DNA from: the human T2T-CHM13v2.0 reference genome, Homo sapiens | Reading direction: 5' to 3' (one strand) | Assembly: GCF_009914755.1 (NCBI RefSeq) | Contig: NC_060940.1 | Length of the DNA: 64,000 nucleotides | Shown: in pieces, positions 1 through 12,657 of the stretch | How positions within the stretch are numbered: position 1 is the first letter of the stretch | Layout: each line of letters opens with the position of its first letter | Notes under the pieces: generated by a model | Databases searched by the model: none | What the model saw: the letters and a program-made list of their open reading frames with translations, nothing else | Told to the model about the DNA's origin: nothing | Position numbers and translations under genes: made by a program

Positions 1-1216
1 GGAATGTGCAGATTTGCCTGGGGAGCATCAAGGGGGCTGGAGGAAAGAAAGTTCTTCCAGGGGTGGTGGAGACTGAGCCCAACCCTCAGGCACCTCTGAG
101 GCCAAGCCTGAGGGTGAAAGTGGCTCGGGGGTCGCATAGCAGGGACACCAGGGTGAGTAAGCGGGGACCAGAAAGACAGTGTCTTTAGAAGGCTTTTCAG
201 GTTTGGCTTTTGGTGGGCTCATGGGAGGGGCTGAGGAGAGACATGGCGCCTGTGTTTGGGTGCCCCAGGGAAGGGGCCAGGGTGGGCTCCTGAGAGGGCA
301 GGCAGCAGTTCTGGGACACAGAGCAGGTAGGAATCCCACATGGAAAGGCATCCCCATCCCCTGGGAGCTAGTTAGGGAGGCTGACTTGGGGTGGGCCTGG
401 CAGACTGGACAGACAGACAGACAGGTGCCTGATGCAGCTCAGGTGTGGGGCCAGGTGGCCCTGTGCTGTCTCTTGCCTGGTGGAGCTGTGACAAGCACCC
501 CAAAAGGCCCGAGCCCCAGAGATCAGGAGATGCCGGAGGCTGCTGAGCCGCTGTCGCAGGTGGAATGAGTAGCATAGGAAGGGTCATGAGGTGGGAGGGG
601 TCCTGGGGAAAGCCTGTAGTATGGGGCTAGGGCCTGAAGGCTCTGAGTGAGCAGACGGGCAGGGCTGTGCTGAGAGCACGGGGTGGAGGGCTTCTTAGTC
701 CATAGGGAGGTTGCCCCGGGTGGGATGTGTGGGGTGTTCAGGAGAGTGAGGAGAAGGAAGAGAGCCGAGAGGCTGGGGTGCTGGCCGAGTCTTCCCAGCG
801 GTGGTGGCGTTTCTGTGGTGAGCCAGACAGGGACCCCAGGACTCGGCAGCAGGCTCTGCAGGCTGTGGCGTGGGCCTGCACATCCCCTGGGGTTGGGCTC
901 TGTGGGCCTGCACAACCCCCAAAGTTGGGCTTCATCCCTGCAGAGTGCTCTTCAGCTGTGCTTGTGTCTGATTCTAGAAAGTCAGCCTATATTTCCTTCC
1001 TCTGACTCACAAGCAGAGAGGCTGCTGCAGTCTCATGTTGACTTTTTAATATAGCTTTGAGCTCTTGACACTTGTCACTTGCCATCCGGCACCTCTTCCT
1101 GCAGCCTGTGCTGGCACTTCGGGCTGGTTCCCTCCCTCCCACCTCTGCCCGTAGCACGTGGAAAGGTACTTGTGAGGAAGGGAGTGGTTTTCATTACTTA
1201 CCTGACCAGTGACTTT

Positions 1217-1534
<318 letters not shown>

Positions 1535-1733
1535 GACCAGTAACTTTTAAAACTGGCAAGCTGCCAAGCGACTCTGGGGACACTGAGGTTGGGCGTCTCT
1601 GGCCCTGGCCTTTGCCGTCATGACACTGTGCTTTCTGAGCTCGATGATTTTCTTGTGCCTCCTACTCCAGGGCACGCAAGAGCCATTTCTCATGTGCTGA
1701 GTTTGGACATTGTTTGGCCCATTTCTGTCCTAG

Positions 1734-1911
1734 GCTCTGGAAGCAAACACCATCTCTACAGCCTCAGTAAGGCCCGCCCAGGAGGAGCAGTCGATGACGC
1801 CCCCAGGGAAGGTGGTGACCGTCAGCTCTCGCAGCCCCCGCTGCCCTCGGAACCAGGCCTCCCTCCGCAGCAGCAAGACCTTCCCGCCCAGCTCTGCACC
1901 CTGCTCCTCAG
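1734..1911 (+). CDS. CRAMP1: CRAMP1 internal coding exon (ALEANTISTASVRPAQEEQ...SSAPCSS)
   Basis: Acceptor tttctgtcctag|GCT, donor TCAG|gtgagg; 178 nt open frame, phase 0 to 1, joins the next exon in frame. Confidence 0.88.
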
Positions 1912-2572
1912 GTGAGGCTGTGGCAGCCACACTCCTTGTGCCTGGGCTGCCCTGATGGCACCTCAGGCTTCAGGGGCCGTGCCGAAGCTGAGAGCACAGG
2001 TGTGCCTGAGGCCGGACCCCACTGGCCAGCTCGCCACTATCCAGATGACAGGGTGAAGGTGCAGAATCACTGCCTCCTCATGGGGAGGGTGATGCCAGGG
2101 CTTGTCGTGAAGGACTTTGGGGTCCCAGGGCGTAGAAGCTGGTGAGAAGCCAGCCTTTGCCAGTCTGGTGACTTTGGGGTCTGCTTCATGGGGCCAGCAA
2201 AAGCCTTGCTAATGTGCTGAGTTGGTGGTTCAAAGTCCCTGAGAAGGTTGTTTTTTTTCTGTTTTTCTTTACATGTAAAACCTCAGAATAGAGAATCCTT
2301 CAGTTAGGGGAGGTGCCAGTAGGTTAACACAAGTCCCGGAAAGAATGATGGAGCAATCTCCAAGTCCACAGTCTACCCCAGCTGCGTATAGGAAATAATT
2401 TAAATTCAGGGATCATAAATTGTGTTCCTGGTACATAAAACCCCAAGACAAGCATGAACAGTTTCCCGAGGCATCAGTTTCACTGGCTTTCAACCCATAG
2501 TATTTTTAGAATAAAGCAGAGATTATCATGGTTAGAATGGTGAATTTTTAAGTGTAAAAATGGTGAGTTTTA

Positions 2573-3693
<1,121 letters not shown>

Positions 3694-3799
3694 TGACAGT
3701 GATGAAAACATTTAGCAGGGTCCCACAATACTAACTCTCAAATATTTCCTGTTCTTTTACCTCTGGGTCTGTTTTCTAAAAACTAGAGATTTACACCAG

Positions 3800-4010
3800 G
3801 GAGCAGCAAGCTATAGGCCTGCAGCCCAGATCCAGCTCACTGCCTGCTGTTTATAAATAAAGTTTTATTGGCACACAGCCACACTCATTTGCTCACCTGT
3901 TGTCTGTAGTTGCTATTGTGCACGGCTGAGTTGCCCCAGAGACGGTGTGGTCTACAGAGTGGACATTGGTTTTCTGGCCCTTCACCAGGAAAGTTGACTG
4001 ACTTCTGGTC
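3800..4010. mobile_element. MER58-like hAT DNA transposon remnant
   Basis: ctataggcctgcagcccagatcc...taaataaagttttattggcacacagccac...tggcccttcac pattern. Confidence 0.65.
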
Positions 4011-4337
4011 TCCCCTGGAGACACTGAAGGCTCTTCTAGCCCTGGAACATCTTTGGTGTCTTATCTGCCCTTACCCCTGAGCACTGAGCGAAGTGGTGAA
4101 GTGCTTTTGTCCTATCCAGGAGACCAGTGGTCTGCTCAAAATGGGAACAAGAATTTCAGTGAGAAGGATAGAAAATCAGTCTTTATGTGGGACTGAGATA
4201 GAGGTGTCTCCTTTCAAGGCAGCCGAACGGGTTGCCAAGAGAATGTCTTTCTGACTTTCTTCCCAACGGAATTCCGTGACCCTGGACCTGTTGCTAGGTG
4301 AATGCTGTCACACTGATTCTCTCCTCTCCTCTCCCAG

Positions 4338-4519
4338 GTTTGAGAAACCCTCCAAGACCCCTCTTGGTGCCTGGTCCCTCCAGCACAGGAAGCAATGACT
4401 CAGATGGAGGCCTTTTTGCTGTCCCGACAACCTTGCCACCCAACAGCCGACACGGGAAGCTCTTCTCTCCCAGTAAAGAAGCAGAGCTGACTTTCCGCCA
4501 GCATCTGAACTCCATCAGT
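4338..4519 (+). CDS. CRAMP1: CRAMP1 coding exon (GLRNPPRPLLVPG...FRQHLNSIS)
   Basis: ctcctctcccag|GT, AGT|gtgagt; 182 nt, phase 1 to 0. Confidence 0.93.
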
Positions 4520-4608
4520 GTGAGTGTGTGGGGCCGGGCCGCCCGCGTGCGAGCGTCCCCGTGGTCTGGAGAGTGCACCTTCAGGTGCCGGACGCTGCTC
4601 CCTTACAG

Positions 4609-4683
4609 ATGCAGTCGGATTTCTTCCTGCCAAAGCCCCGGAAGCTGCGGAACCGGCACCTGCGGAAGCCACTGGTGGTCCAG
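4609..4683 (+). CDS. CRAMP1: CRAMP1 coding exon (MQSDFFLPKPRKLRNRHLRKPLVVQ)
   Basis: cccttacag|ATG, CAG|gtcagg; 75 nt, phase 0 to 0; follows an 89-nt intron. Confidence 0.92.
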
Positions 4684-5359
4684 GTCAGGGTCTTCTCAAG
4701 TCTGAACGTGTGGCCTCGTGGCTGGGCCAACCAGGACACAGGGCTTCTTCCCTCTCTCACATTTTCATGGTGTAAAATGTGGGAAATTCCTGCCCCTTCC
4801 TTCCCTCTTGTGAGTAGGGTAAAAATACAAGTAATAACAGTGAACTTAATGGTACCCAGAAGTAAAGGTAATCTTTCAATAACATGGAAATCCACTTGCA
4901 AAAAAGACAATTATAGGGATTCAAGTCCAAAGAATGTCCCAGATTGGGATGTATTTATGGAATCTCAACACCTATTTATAAACATTTAGTCTGTGGGAGC
5001 AGTTGCCAGGGCATGTGGGTCAGCCAGAGCCCAGGCCTCTCATGAGCTCCCCAGGAGTCCCCGAGGATGCCGTATGCAAGCCTGGGGGACAGCCAGGGAC
5101 TCAGAGGCACCTCAGAAGAAGAGCTTGGCATTCTGACGCATAAAAATACAGAAAGTGAGGTGGGAAGTCTGAGGTAATTATGGCCTCAGAAATGTATGGA
5201 TGTGTGTTATTTTGGATTCATGCACAGGTTTCCTTTTGTTAGACTCTTAGAAATCTCTTTCTCCCTTGAGATTAGTATATTTACAAATGAGACATTGCAT
5301 GAACGGTCTTAGGAAGAAAGTGCCTGCTAAATCTTAGGTGTTCTTTGTTCAAACTAAGA

Positions 5360-5835
5360 TCAGGGTTGAAAACTATGGCCCAGGGACCACTTCCAGCCTG
5401 ACTGTTGTTTTGTTTAATTTAAAACAACTTTATAGATAGAGAATTCACATATCATAATGTTTGCCCATTTGAACTTTATGACTCAGTGGTCACAAGGTGT
5501 ACGACGACCATCACCATGGTCTAATCCCAGAACGTTACCACCCAGAAAGGAAACCCTGCTCCTATGAACTCACGTTGCCTTCTCCCGCCAGCCCTTGGCA
5601 ACCACGGATCCGCTTTCTGTCTCTATGGATTTGTCTGTTCTGGGCATTTCCTATAAATGGGATCATACAATTTGTGTTCTTTTCCACATAATATTTTTGT
5701 AAATAAAGTTTACTGGCACACAGCCGTGATTATTCATTTCTGTACTATCTACTGTTTTCCACACGGGCAGGTATATGGCCCCAAAACCTAAAATATTTCC
5801 TGCCTGGCCCTTTACAGAAAAAGTGTGTCAATCTC
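5360..5835. mobile_element. MER58-like element interrupted by an antisense old L1 3' fragment (~5420-5690)
   Basis: aaactatggccc ... taaataaagtttactggcacacagcc ... tggccctttacagaaaaagt; the inner part resembles an L1M 3'UTR. Confidence 0.6.
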
Positions 5836-6344
5836 TGCTACAAAAAGTGTAGCCTTTGGAGTGAAAGCTCCCGCTACTAGGCTGCAGCCTACTGCTGTCC
5901 CTAGTAGTGCCTCCTCTCTAGTCTCTCCGACGCCAGTGTCCTGGGGCATTTCAAAGGGTCAGAACTGCAGCGGCACCCCCAGAGGCGGAAGCGCCTCAGA
6001 CACTTGTAGGTCGAGAGACACTTTTTTGTTCATGTTTTATCTGGATTACTAGCAGTTTCAGTGATGAACACGGTTTCTCAGATGGTAGTCCTTGTCACTC
6101 AAACCTGCCGTAGCACATTCAGCCTAATTGTTCACACACAAAAGCCCTGGAAAGGAGCACTTCATGCCCTTTGGTGCCTGTGTGTTACAAGCAGTGACTT
6201 TATTTTACTCACCCCATGTGTGAGGAAGCCCAGAATGGGAGGTGTCACTCCTAAAAGTCCATGTCCAGTGGTTATAAACAGGTTTGTATAACTAGTTGCA
6301 TTCCAGTCAAATCCAGAAGAAAGTTCTGGATTAAAAGTGGATCA

Positions 6345-6643
6345 GGCCAGGCACGGTGGCTCGCACCTGTAATCCCAGCACTTTGGGAGGCCGAGGCAGG
6401 TGGATCACCTGAGGTCAGGAGTTCAAGACCAGCCTGGCCAACGTGGAGAAACCCCGTCTCTACTAAAAATACAAAAACTAGCTGGGCGTGATGGCGAGTG
6501 CCTATAATCCCAGCTACTCGGGAGGCTGAGGCAGGAGAATCACTTGAACCCAGGAGGCAGAGGTTTCAGTGAGCCGAAATTGCACCACTGCACTCTAGCC
6601 TGGCTGACAGAGCAAGACACCGTCTCAAAAAAAAAAAAAAAAA
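6345..6643 (+). mobile_element. Alu (AluS)
   Basis: Consensus; TSD aaaagtggat. Confidence 0.93.
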
Positions 6644-6904
6644 GTGGATGACTCTGACATTCCTCCAGTTTCCCTGGGGAGGGTTTGATTACCTGGGTTT
6701 GTTTGAGAGAGGACCTAACTGGAGCTTGGGGTACATGGGTCCTAACTGTCTGAGCAGTCCCAGGTACCCTGTGTCATCGGCTCTGGAAAAAGCCCCACCT
6801 GGCTATGCTGGGCACCCTCTTACTTGGGACATTCCTTTGTAACTGGGAGTGATTTTTTGGTATGGGAGTTTCATCACCTTGATTGTTGACCATTTTCCCC
6901 ACAG

Positions 6905-6986
6905 AGAACACTGCTCCCTAGACCATCGGAAAACCAGTCCCACAACGTTTGTTCCTTCTCCATCCTGTCTAACTCTTCCGTAACTG
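6905..6986 (+). CDS. CRAMP1: CRAMP1 coding exon (RTLLPRPSENQSHNVCSFSILSNSSVT)
   Basis: ttttccccacag|AGA, ACTG|gtaagg; 82 nt, phase 0 to 1; not in the ORF track but fits both neighbouring exons. Confidence 0.9.
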
Positions 6987-7920
6987 GTAAGGACCCTGAG
7001 CTTTTCTGGGGTAGCTTGTCCCTCCTCCTCACAGGAGGGCCTTGGCTTTGGAGACAATGGGTGCTTATTTCCATGGCCTATCTTCAGGCATTCCTTTGTC
7101 CATTCTACCGACAAATACCTAATGTGCCCTATGTGCTGGGCTGCAGGCTGCGGTGGCGGGCGAGGCAGCTAGTCCAGCGAGGCAGCTAGTCCAAAGGGTG
7201 CCCTTCGTCTGTGGCCTCAGATGGCCCTGTGTGAGGCGCTTGGCTTGGTTAGAGTTGTGTCTCTTGTCTGCTCTCTCTGTGTAATGTCTTGTCAGCCGTT
7301 TTATGGGATGGATGTGTTCTTGGGGTGTATGGATTATGCTTCCATCAGTCTGTACATTTAGTGGGGGCCTTGGCTCCTTGCGGTAGATATTACACAGGGA
7401 GAAGCCTCTAGTGAAACACATACTCTGTGACTTCCCTTTTCTACCAGTGTTGACTTCCACGTCTCTCACTGACTTATTGCAAGACCCTTAACAGCTGTCA
7501 ATTGCTTTTTCTCTTGCCTACTTGTCAATTTTCAACTGTGGGAAGCCTGGCAAGATAAAACCAAATTGCAGTGGCAGCATCTTAGTCCAGAATCTGATGC
7601 TCTGACTGCCCTGGGGCCTGTACCTCAGCTTGGGGGCTTGTCACCCTTCAAGAGCCATTTCCGCAGGATGACAGTGGTGACCGCAGCCTTCCAGTAGCTC
7701 CTGGGAGGCACAGTGGTGGGTGCCAGAGCTTGTGTCACGTTGGGGGCCTGTGTGACCTCTGACTCCTCATGTTAGCATTTGGAATGTTCAGTGGCTTCCA
7801 GCTTGGCTCGGCTCCCACACTCCCAACAGTGGCTGTAAAGGAAGCCCCCTGCGGCCCCATCCTGCTGTGAGGGCATGGCGGGCGGGCTCGACATGTCTGC
7901 TTTTGCCCTCGCCCTCGCAG

Positions 7921-8025
7921 GGAGAGGTTCGTTCCGGCCCATCCAGTCTTCTCTGACCAAAGCAGCTCTGTCTCGGCCGATCGTGCCCAAGGTCCTTCCA
8001 CCCCAGGCCACGAGTCACCTGGCCA
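7921..8025 (+). CDS. CRAMP1: CRAMP1 coding exon (GRGSFRPIQSSLTKAALSRPIVPKVLPPQATSHLA)
   Basis: gccctcgcag|GG, GCCA|gtaagt; 105 nt, phase 1 to 1. Confidence 0.93.
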
Positions 8026-8269
8026 GTAAGTCTGTACCTGCATGGCCACAGCCACTGAGTGAGCCTCTGAGGGATGTTTTTGTGACCAGGTTTTTTGAAT
8101 GTTTTCTTCTCCAAATCATAATGTCTCATTACCCTTCACCAAGAACATCTAAGCCCTTGGCTCTTGCATTGACATGAGGTGCGAGGGAGAAGCTGTTCCC
8201 CGAGCCCTCTTGGGACATCTTATGGGTTGTCAGTAGAGCAGAGATGTGCAGCGTCCTTTTTGTTGCCAG

Positions 8270-8448
8270 GTGCTATCGACTTAGCAGCTACAAGTGCCGG
8301 CATCCTTTCCGGGAACCCCCTCCCTGCCTTGGACACCGAGGGCTTGTCTGGCATCTCTCCACTGTCTTCAGACGAGGTGACGGGTGCCATCTCGGGGCAG
8401 GACTCTACTGGAACTCACCAGGATGGAGACACCCTCCCCACCGTGGGG
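8270..8448 (+). CDS. CRAMP1: CRAMP1 coding exon (SAIDLAATSAGILSG...TLPTVG)
   Basis: tttttgttgccag|GT, GGG|gtgagt; 179 nt, phase 1 to 0. Confidence 0.93.
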
Positions 8449-9182
8449 GTGAGTATGTTTAGAAGGGCTTTTCAGCATTACCACCAACTTCTGGTGTGGA
8501 CGCCAAAGCCATGGGGCTGAGATCACGCTGGACTCCAGCTCTGCCTTTGGAGGAGAGTCTCTGGACCAGGGGTGCCATGGCATAAGCAAACTCTGTGTAG
8601 TACAGAGCAGGAGAGGCCTCCGGAGCCACTGACGAAAGGTGGGGACAGGCTTGCCATGTGGCACTGGAGAACTCAGAGCTAAGACGGTGTGGAAACATAG
8701 CTCCATCTGAGAGTGACCATAACCAAGGTGGCAGCCCACAGCGCTGTGCTCGGACACCACTGAGCATCTCTTTCATCTGGGAAGAGAGCAGCCTGTATGG
8801 CCTTGGCCATTGCTCCTTTCCAAGGCTCTGAGCACCTGGTTTCTCTGGCCTCCCACGGCCACTTCAGAGCTGCCCCAAGGAGGGTGGGGTGGGCTGATGC
8901 TGTTAAGACTCCAGGGAGCCCAGCCCTGCCTGCCACAAGGTTGACTTCCTGATAGGACTTTACTTCACTCTTGGAAGCAACAAAAAATTGGAAGTACACG
9001 GTCCACACCTGAAAGTAGCCTTTCAGTGTTCTCGACCTTAGACCCCTGTCCATTTACTGTCCCTCTGCTGTTAGGAGGCCAGGGGGATGGAACGCCTCTT
9101 TTTCTGGAACTCTGTCGCGGGTGAGGGTATGGGTGGCATCTGGTGCACCCTGCGGCTGCTCATGGGCGTGCTCTTCCTGCAG

Positions 9183-9248
9183 GGCTCCGACCCATTTGTC
9201 AGCATCCCTTCGAGGCCTGAGCAGGAGCCAGTGGCAGACAGTTTCCAG
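9183..9248 (+). CDS. CRAMP1: CRAMP1 coding exon (GSDPFVSIPSRPEQEPVADSFQ)
   Basis: ctcttcctgcag|GGC, CAG|gtagag; 66 nt, phase 0 to 0. Confidence 0.88.
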
Positions 9249-9809
9249 GTAGAGTGTGCTCTTGGGCTGCTGAGCAAAGCAGCTGCCCCAGGACTCCCTC
9301 CAGTGCCCTGAGCTGCCACCTGCAGTCTTGGAGTGGCCCGGCTTCTCTCCTAGACTGTGCAGTGGCTTTGCTGTTCTTCCACCTGCTGTGCCGACTGCCC
9401 AGGGTGGATAAATGAATATGGCTGTCCGCCACCTCAGACTTCCCTCCTCCCCTCTCCAAGGTGGGCTGTTTCAGACCCAGCTCTGGAAGAACTTAGCGCT
9501 CTGGAAGAACTCAGCTTTCTGGGAGGAGGAGGCTGTCAGCTAGTAACTCCCCCAGCCCCCACTCTCTTTCTGGCAGCAGTCAAAGCAGGTCCAGGCCACT
9601 GCAGCCTGACTTTCTGACTCTGCCATAGTGAGTGTTTTTGGGAGAAATAAATTCCCCGAGTGTGTTCCTGAGTTGGAAGGATGAGGTGACTGCAGCGCTC
9701 ATCACCCTATTGATTTGCCTGCAAGCTAGGAGAGTAAGCTGGTGTTTCTTCCCTTGTCATGGGTTCTGATAGACCTGGTTGTGTCTGAAAAATACCTGTC
9801 TCCCAGCAG

Positions 9810-10041
9810 GGCTCATCTGTTCTCTCCTTATCTGAGCTGCCCAAGGCCCCTCTCCAGAATGGCCTCTCCATACCGCTGTCCTCGTCAGAGAGCTCCAGCA
9901 CCCGGCTGTCTCCACCAGACGTCTCTGCTCTGCTCGACATCTCCCTGCCCGGCCCACCTGAGGATGCGCTGTCACAGGGCGAGCCTGCCACACACATTAG
10001 CGACTCCATCATTGAGATCGCCATCAGCTCCGGTCAGTACG
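9810..10041 (+). CDS. CRAMP1: CRAMP1 coding exon (GSSVLSLSELPKAPLQNG...IIEIAISSGQY); NAGNAG acceptor allows a start at 9807
   Basis: tctcccagcag|GGC, TACG|gtaagg; 232 nt, phase 0 to 1. Confidence 0.9.
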
Positions 10042-10848
10042 GTAAGGGCAGGGCGGCCTCACAGCCCTTCCTGTCATCAGGTGTTGATCTCCTGCCCCAA
10101 TGTTTGCCACACTTCCTGGGGATATTCCAGTTTTGTGATTTTTACGAATTGAAAACCTGTCACCTACAAGGTGCTGCCTGTCTCCAGCAGGGACCTTGCA
10201 GGTGGATAAGGTACCTGTGGGACCTGAGGCAGCTGATGGCCTGGTAGGCTTGCTCCTGACCTTCAGGCGAGACAGTGGAATGGCCCCCAGGTGCTCTTCA
10301 GCCTGGGGATCACAGAGTGTTTTCCTAGTTGATCTTGAACCTGAGCAGGCGGCCTGGGGTCTTGCACAGCTTGTGAAGCAGTTGGGCTGGGCCCTGTGGG
10401 CTTTGGTCTCACCTGCTGTCTGGGACAAAGCTCCTGGGGGCAGTGGTTTGTTGTTCACTGGCGCGACCCAGGCTGTGGGCTGAGAGAGATATGAGTTCAC
10501 AGTGTGCTAGCATGTAGCCTTGGGCAGCTCACCACCTTGCTGAGCCTCCCTTTCCTAAGCGGTAAATTGAGAATAAGGTACAGCTCCTAGGGCTGCTGTG
10601 GGTGCCGTGAGATGACTCATGTGCAACCCGTGGTGGCTACTGCCGTCGCCTTCACTCCGCTGCGCCCTGCCTCCCTGCAGAGCTGTTCTGCGGTGCTGCG
10701 CTCCTTACCTGCCGAGCCATGCCATCCATCTGGTTCAGCAGGGTAGAGCCCTGCGGCCCTGCTGCCTTCTCCGTGGTGGGCTGGAGAAGTGAGTTGCTGT
10801 TCACCACCCCGCAACAAGGCGTTTCTGATCTGGGATCTTGGTTGGCAG

Positions 10849-11013
10849 GTGAAGGAGTCCCTCTTTCTCCAGCAAAACTGAATGGCAGTGACAGTTCCAA
10901 GAGCCTTCCCTCCCCGTCCAGCAGCCCCCAGCCACACTGGATCGCCTCTCCCACCCACGACCCCCAGTGGTACCCCAGTGACTCCACCGACTCCTCGCTC
11001 AGCAGCCTGTTTG
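10849..11013 (+). CDS. CRAMP1: CRAMP1 coding exon (GEGVPLSPAKLNG...DSSLSSLF)
   Basis: ttggcag|GT, TTTG|gtgagt; 165 nt, phase 1 to 1. Confidence 0.92.
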
Positions 11014-11775
11014 GTGAGTGTATGGGGAGGGCTCCCATCTCCTTTTCCAGGGCAGCAGGGGCTGGGGTCTGCGGGACACTGGATTCTCATTCTACTCAAA
11101 CTCCCACTAGGACTGTTGGCTTGTTCGCTTCTCAAGTGTTTGTATTTTTCTGAGTTAATATTTTTGGGTGTAATTTACATGTAGGAAAATGTACACATTT
11201 TTAGTGTACAGTTCACCAAGCTTTGGCAAGCATGTATAGCCTGGTAACCCACAAGCCAATGGAGACCTAGAACATTCCCGTGACCCCAGATGCTGGGTTC
11301 TGTGTGCCTTCCCAGTCTGTTCAGCTAGCCCGGCCCCTCCCGACTGGGTTCTCTTGAGGGGAGAAAAGGAAACTGGTGTCTTGGCACTCTCTTGGCTCTT
11401 CTCTTTCTGTGGTCAGTAAGGTATTCAGAAGTGGATGGTCCAGCTGCCACCTGGCACATTCTTGAATATAGATCGGAGAGTTCAGAGGACGTGTCCATCC
11501 TCCTCCCCCACTGCCCGTTTGCCCACTGGGTAGCAAGTGTGGCAGGAAGGGGGTGTATCAGGGAAAGGCACACCCTGCTGCTGTTGCCTGCCCAGAGAGA
11601 GCTCCCATTTGGATGTCTGGGGTCTTCCCGCCCACAGTTGTACGGGGCCAGGGCTTGTGGCTGGGCACATCAGGCATGGCGGGTACCATGCCTGACAGCT
11701 CTGAACCAGTTGGGCGACCTGGGTCTGGGAGGTGCTGAGGGACCCAGCACCCTGCAGGCGTTTCCTTTTGTCTCA

Positions 11776-12120
<345 letters not shown>

Positions 12121-12171
12121 AAAAGCAAAGTTGGAAACAACCTGCATGAGACTAGTCACAGAGAAGAAAGT

Positions 12172-12284
12172 ATGGGGGTGGGGATGGCAGTGAGGGTGGG
12201 AGAGCATGATGGGGGTGGGGGATGGCAGCGAGGGTGGGAGACCGTGATGGGGGTGGGGGATGGCAGTGAGGGTGGGAGACCGTG
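12172..12284 (+). repeat. 37-38-bp G-rich tandem repeat, 3 copies
   Basis: Unit atgggggtgggggatggcagtgagggtgggagaccgtg. Confidence 0.9.
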
Positions 12285-12511
12285 GGACTCGTGGAAAACA
12301 AGGTGCATGTCTGTATGCACGAAGGCCTGTTAAACGAGAAGAGCTCGTCACGGCGTGTTGAGTCCCTCGGAAGCTCTTCGCACAAGTCTGGATTGGGGCC
12401 GGGGCCGGGGCTAGGGCTTGGGCTGGCTGCCCCCAGCCTCAGGACCCTTCCGCTGGACTGGTCCAGACCAAGCAGGGTTCAGGGTGTTTTCCTCTGGCCT
12501 TTTCTCCGCAG

Positions 12512-12657
12512 CAAGCTTCATCTCCCCAGAGAAGAGCCGGAAGATGTTGCCGACTCCCATTGGGACCAACAGTGGCACTTCCTTGCTTGGCCCCAGCTTG
12601 TTGGATGGAAACTCGCGGGACTCATTTGTGTCCAGGTCCCTGGCTGACGTTGCAGAG
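12512..12657 (+). CDS. CRAMP1: CRAMP1 penultimate coding exon (ASFISPEKSRKMLPTP...RSLADVAE)
   Basis: ccttttctccgcag|CA, GAG|gtgagt; 146 nt, phase 1 to 0. Confidence 0.93.

Noticed and set aside
1-1000. Overlapping ORFs in the G-rich first kilobase as CRAMP1 exons
   Set aside because: No convincing acceptor/donor pair in phase with the 1734 exon
4585-4608. Upstream in-frame acceptor adding VPDAAPLQ
   Set aside because: Would leave a 65-nt intron at the lower size limit, with a poor pyrimidine tract
6061-6140. C-box-like GTGATGA (also ATGATGA at ~13662) suggesting an intronic snoRNA
   Set aside because: No suitably placed CTGA D box or terminal stem
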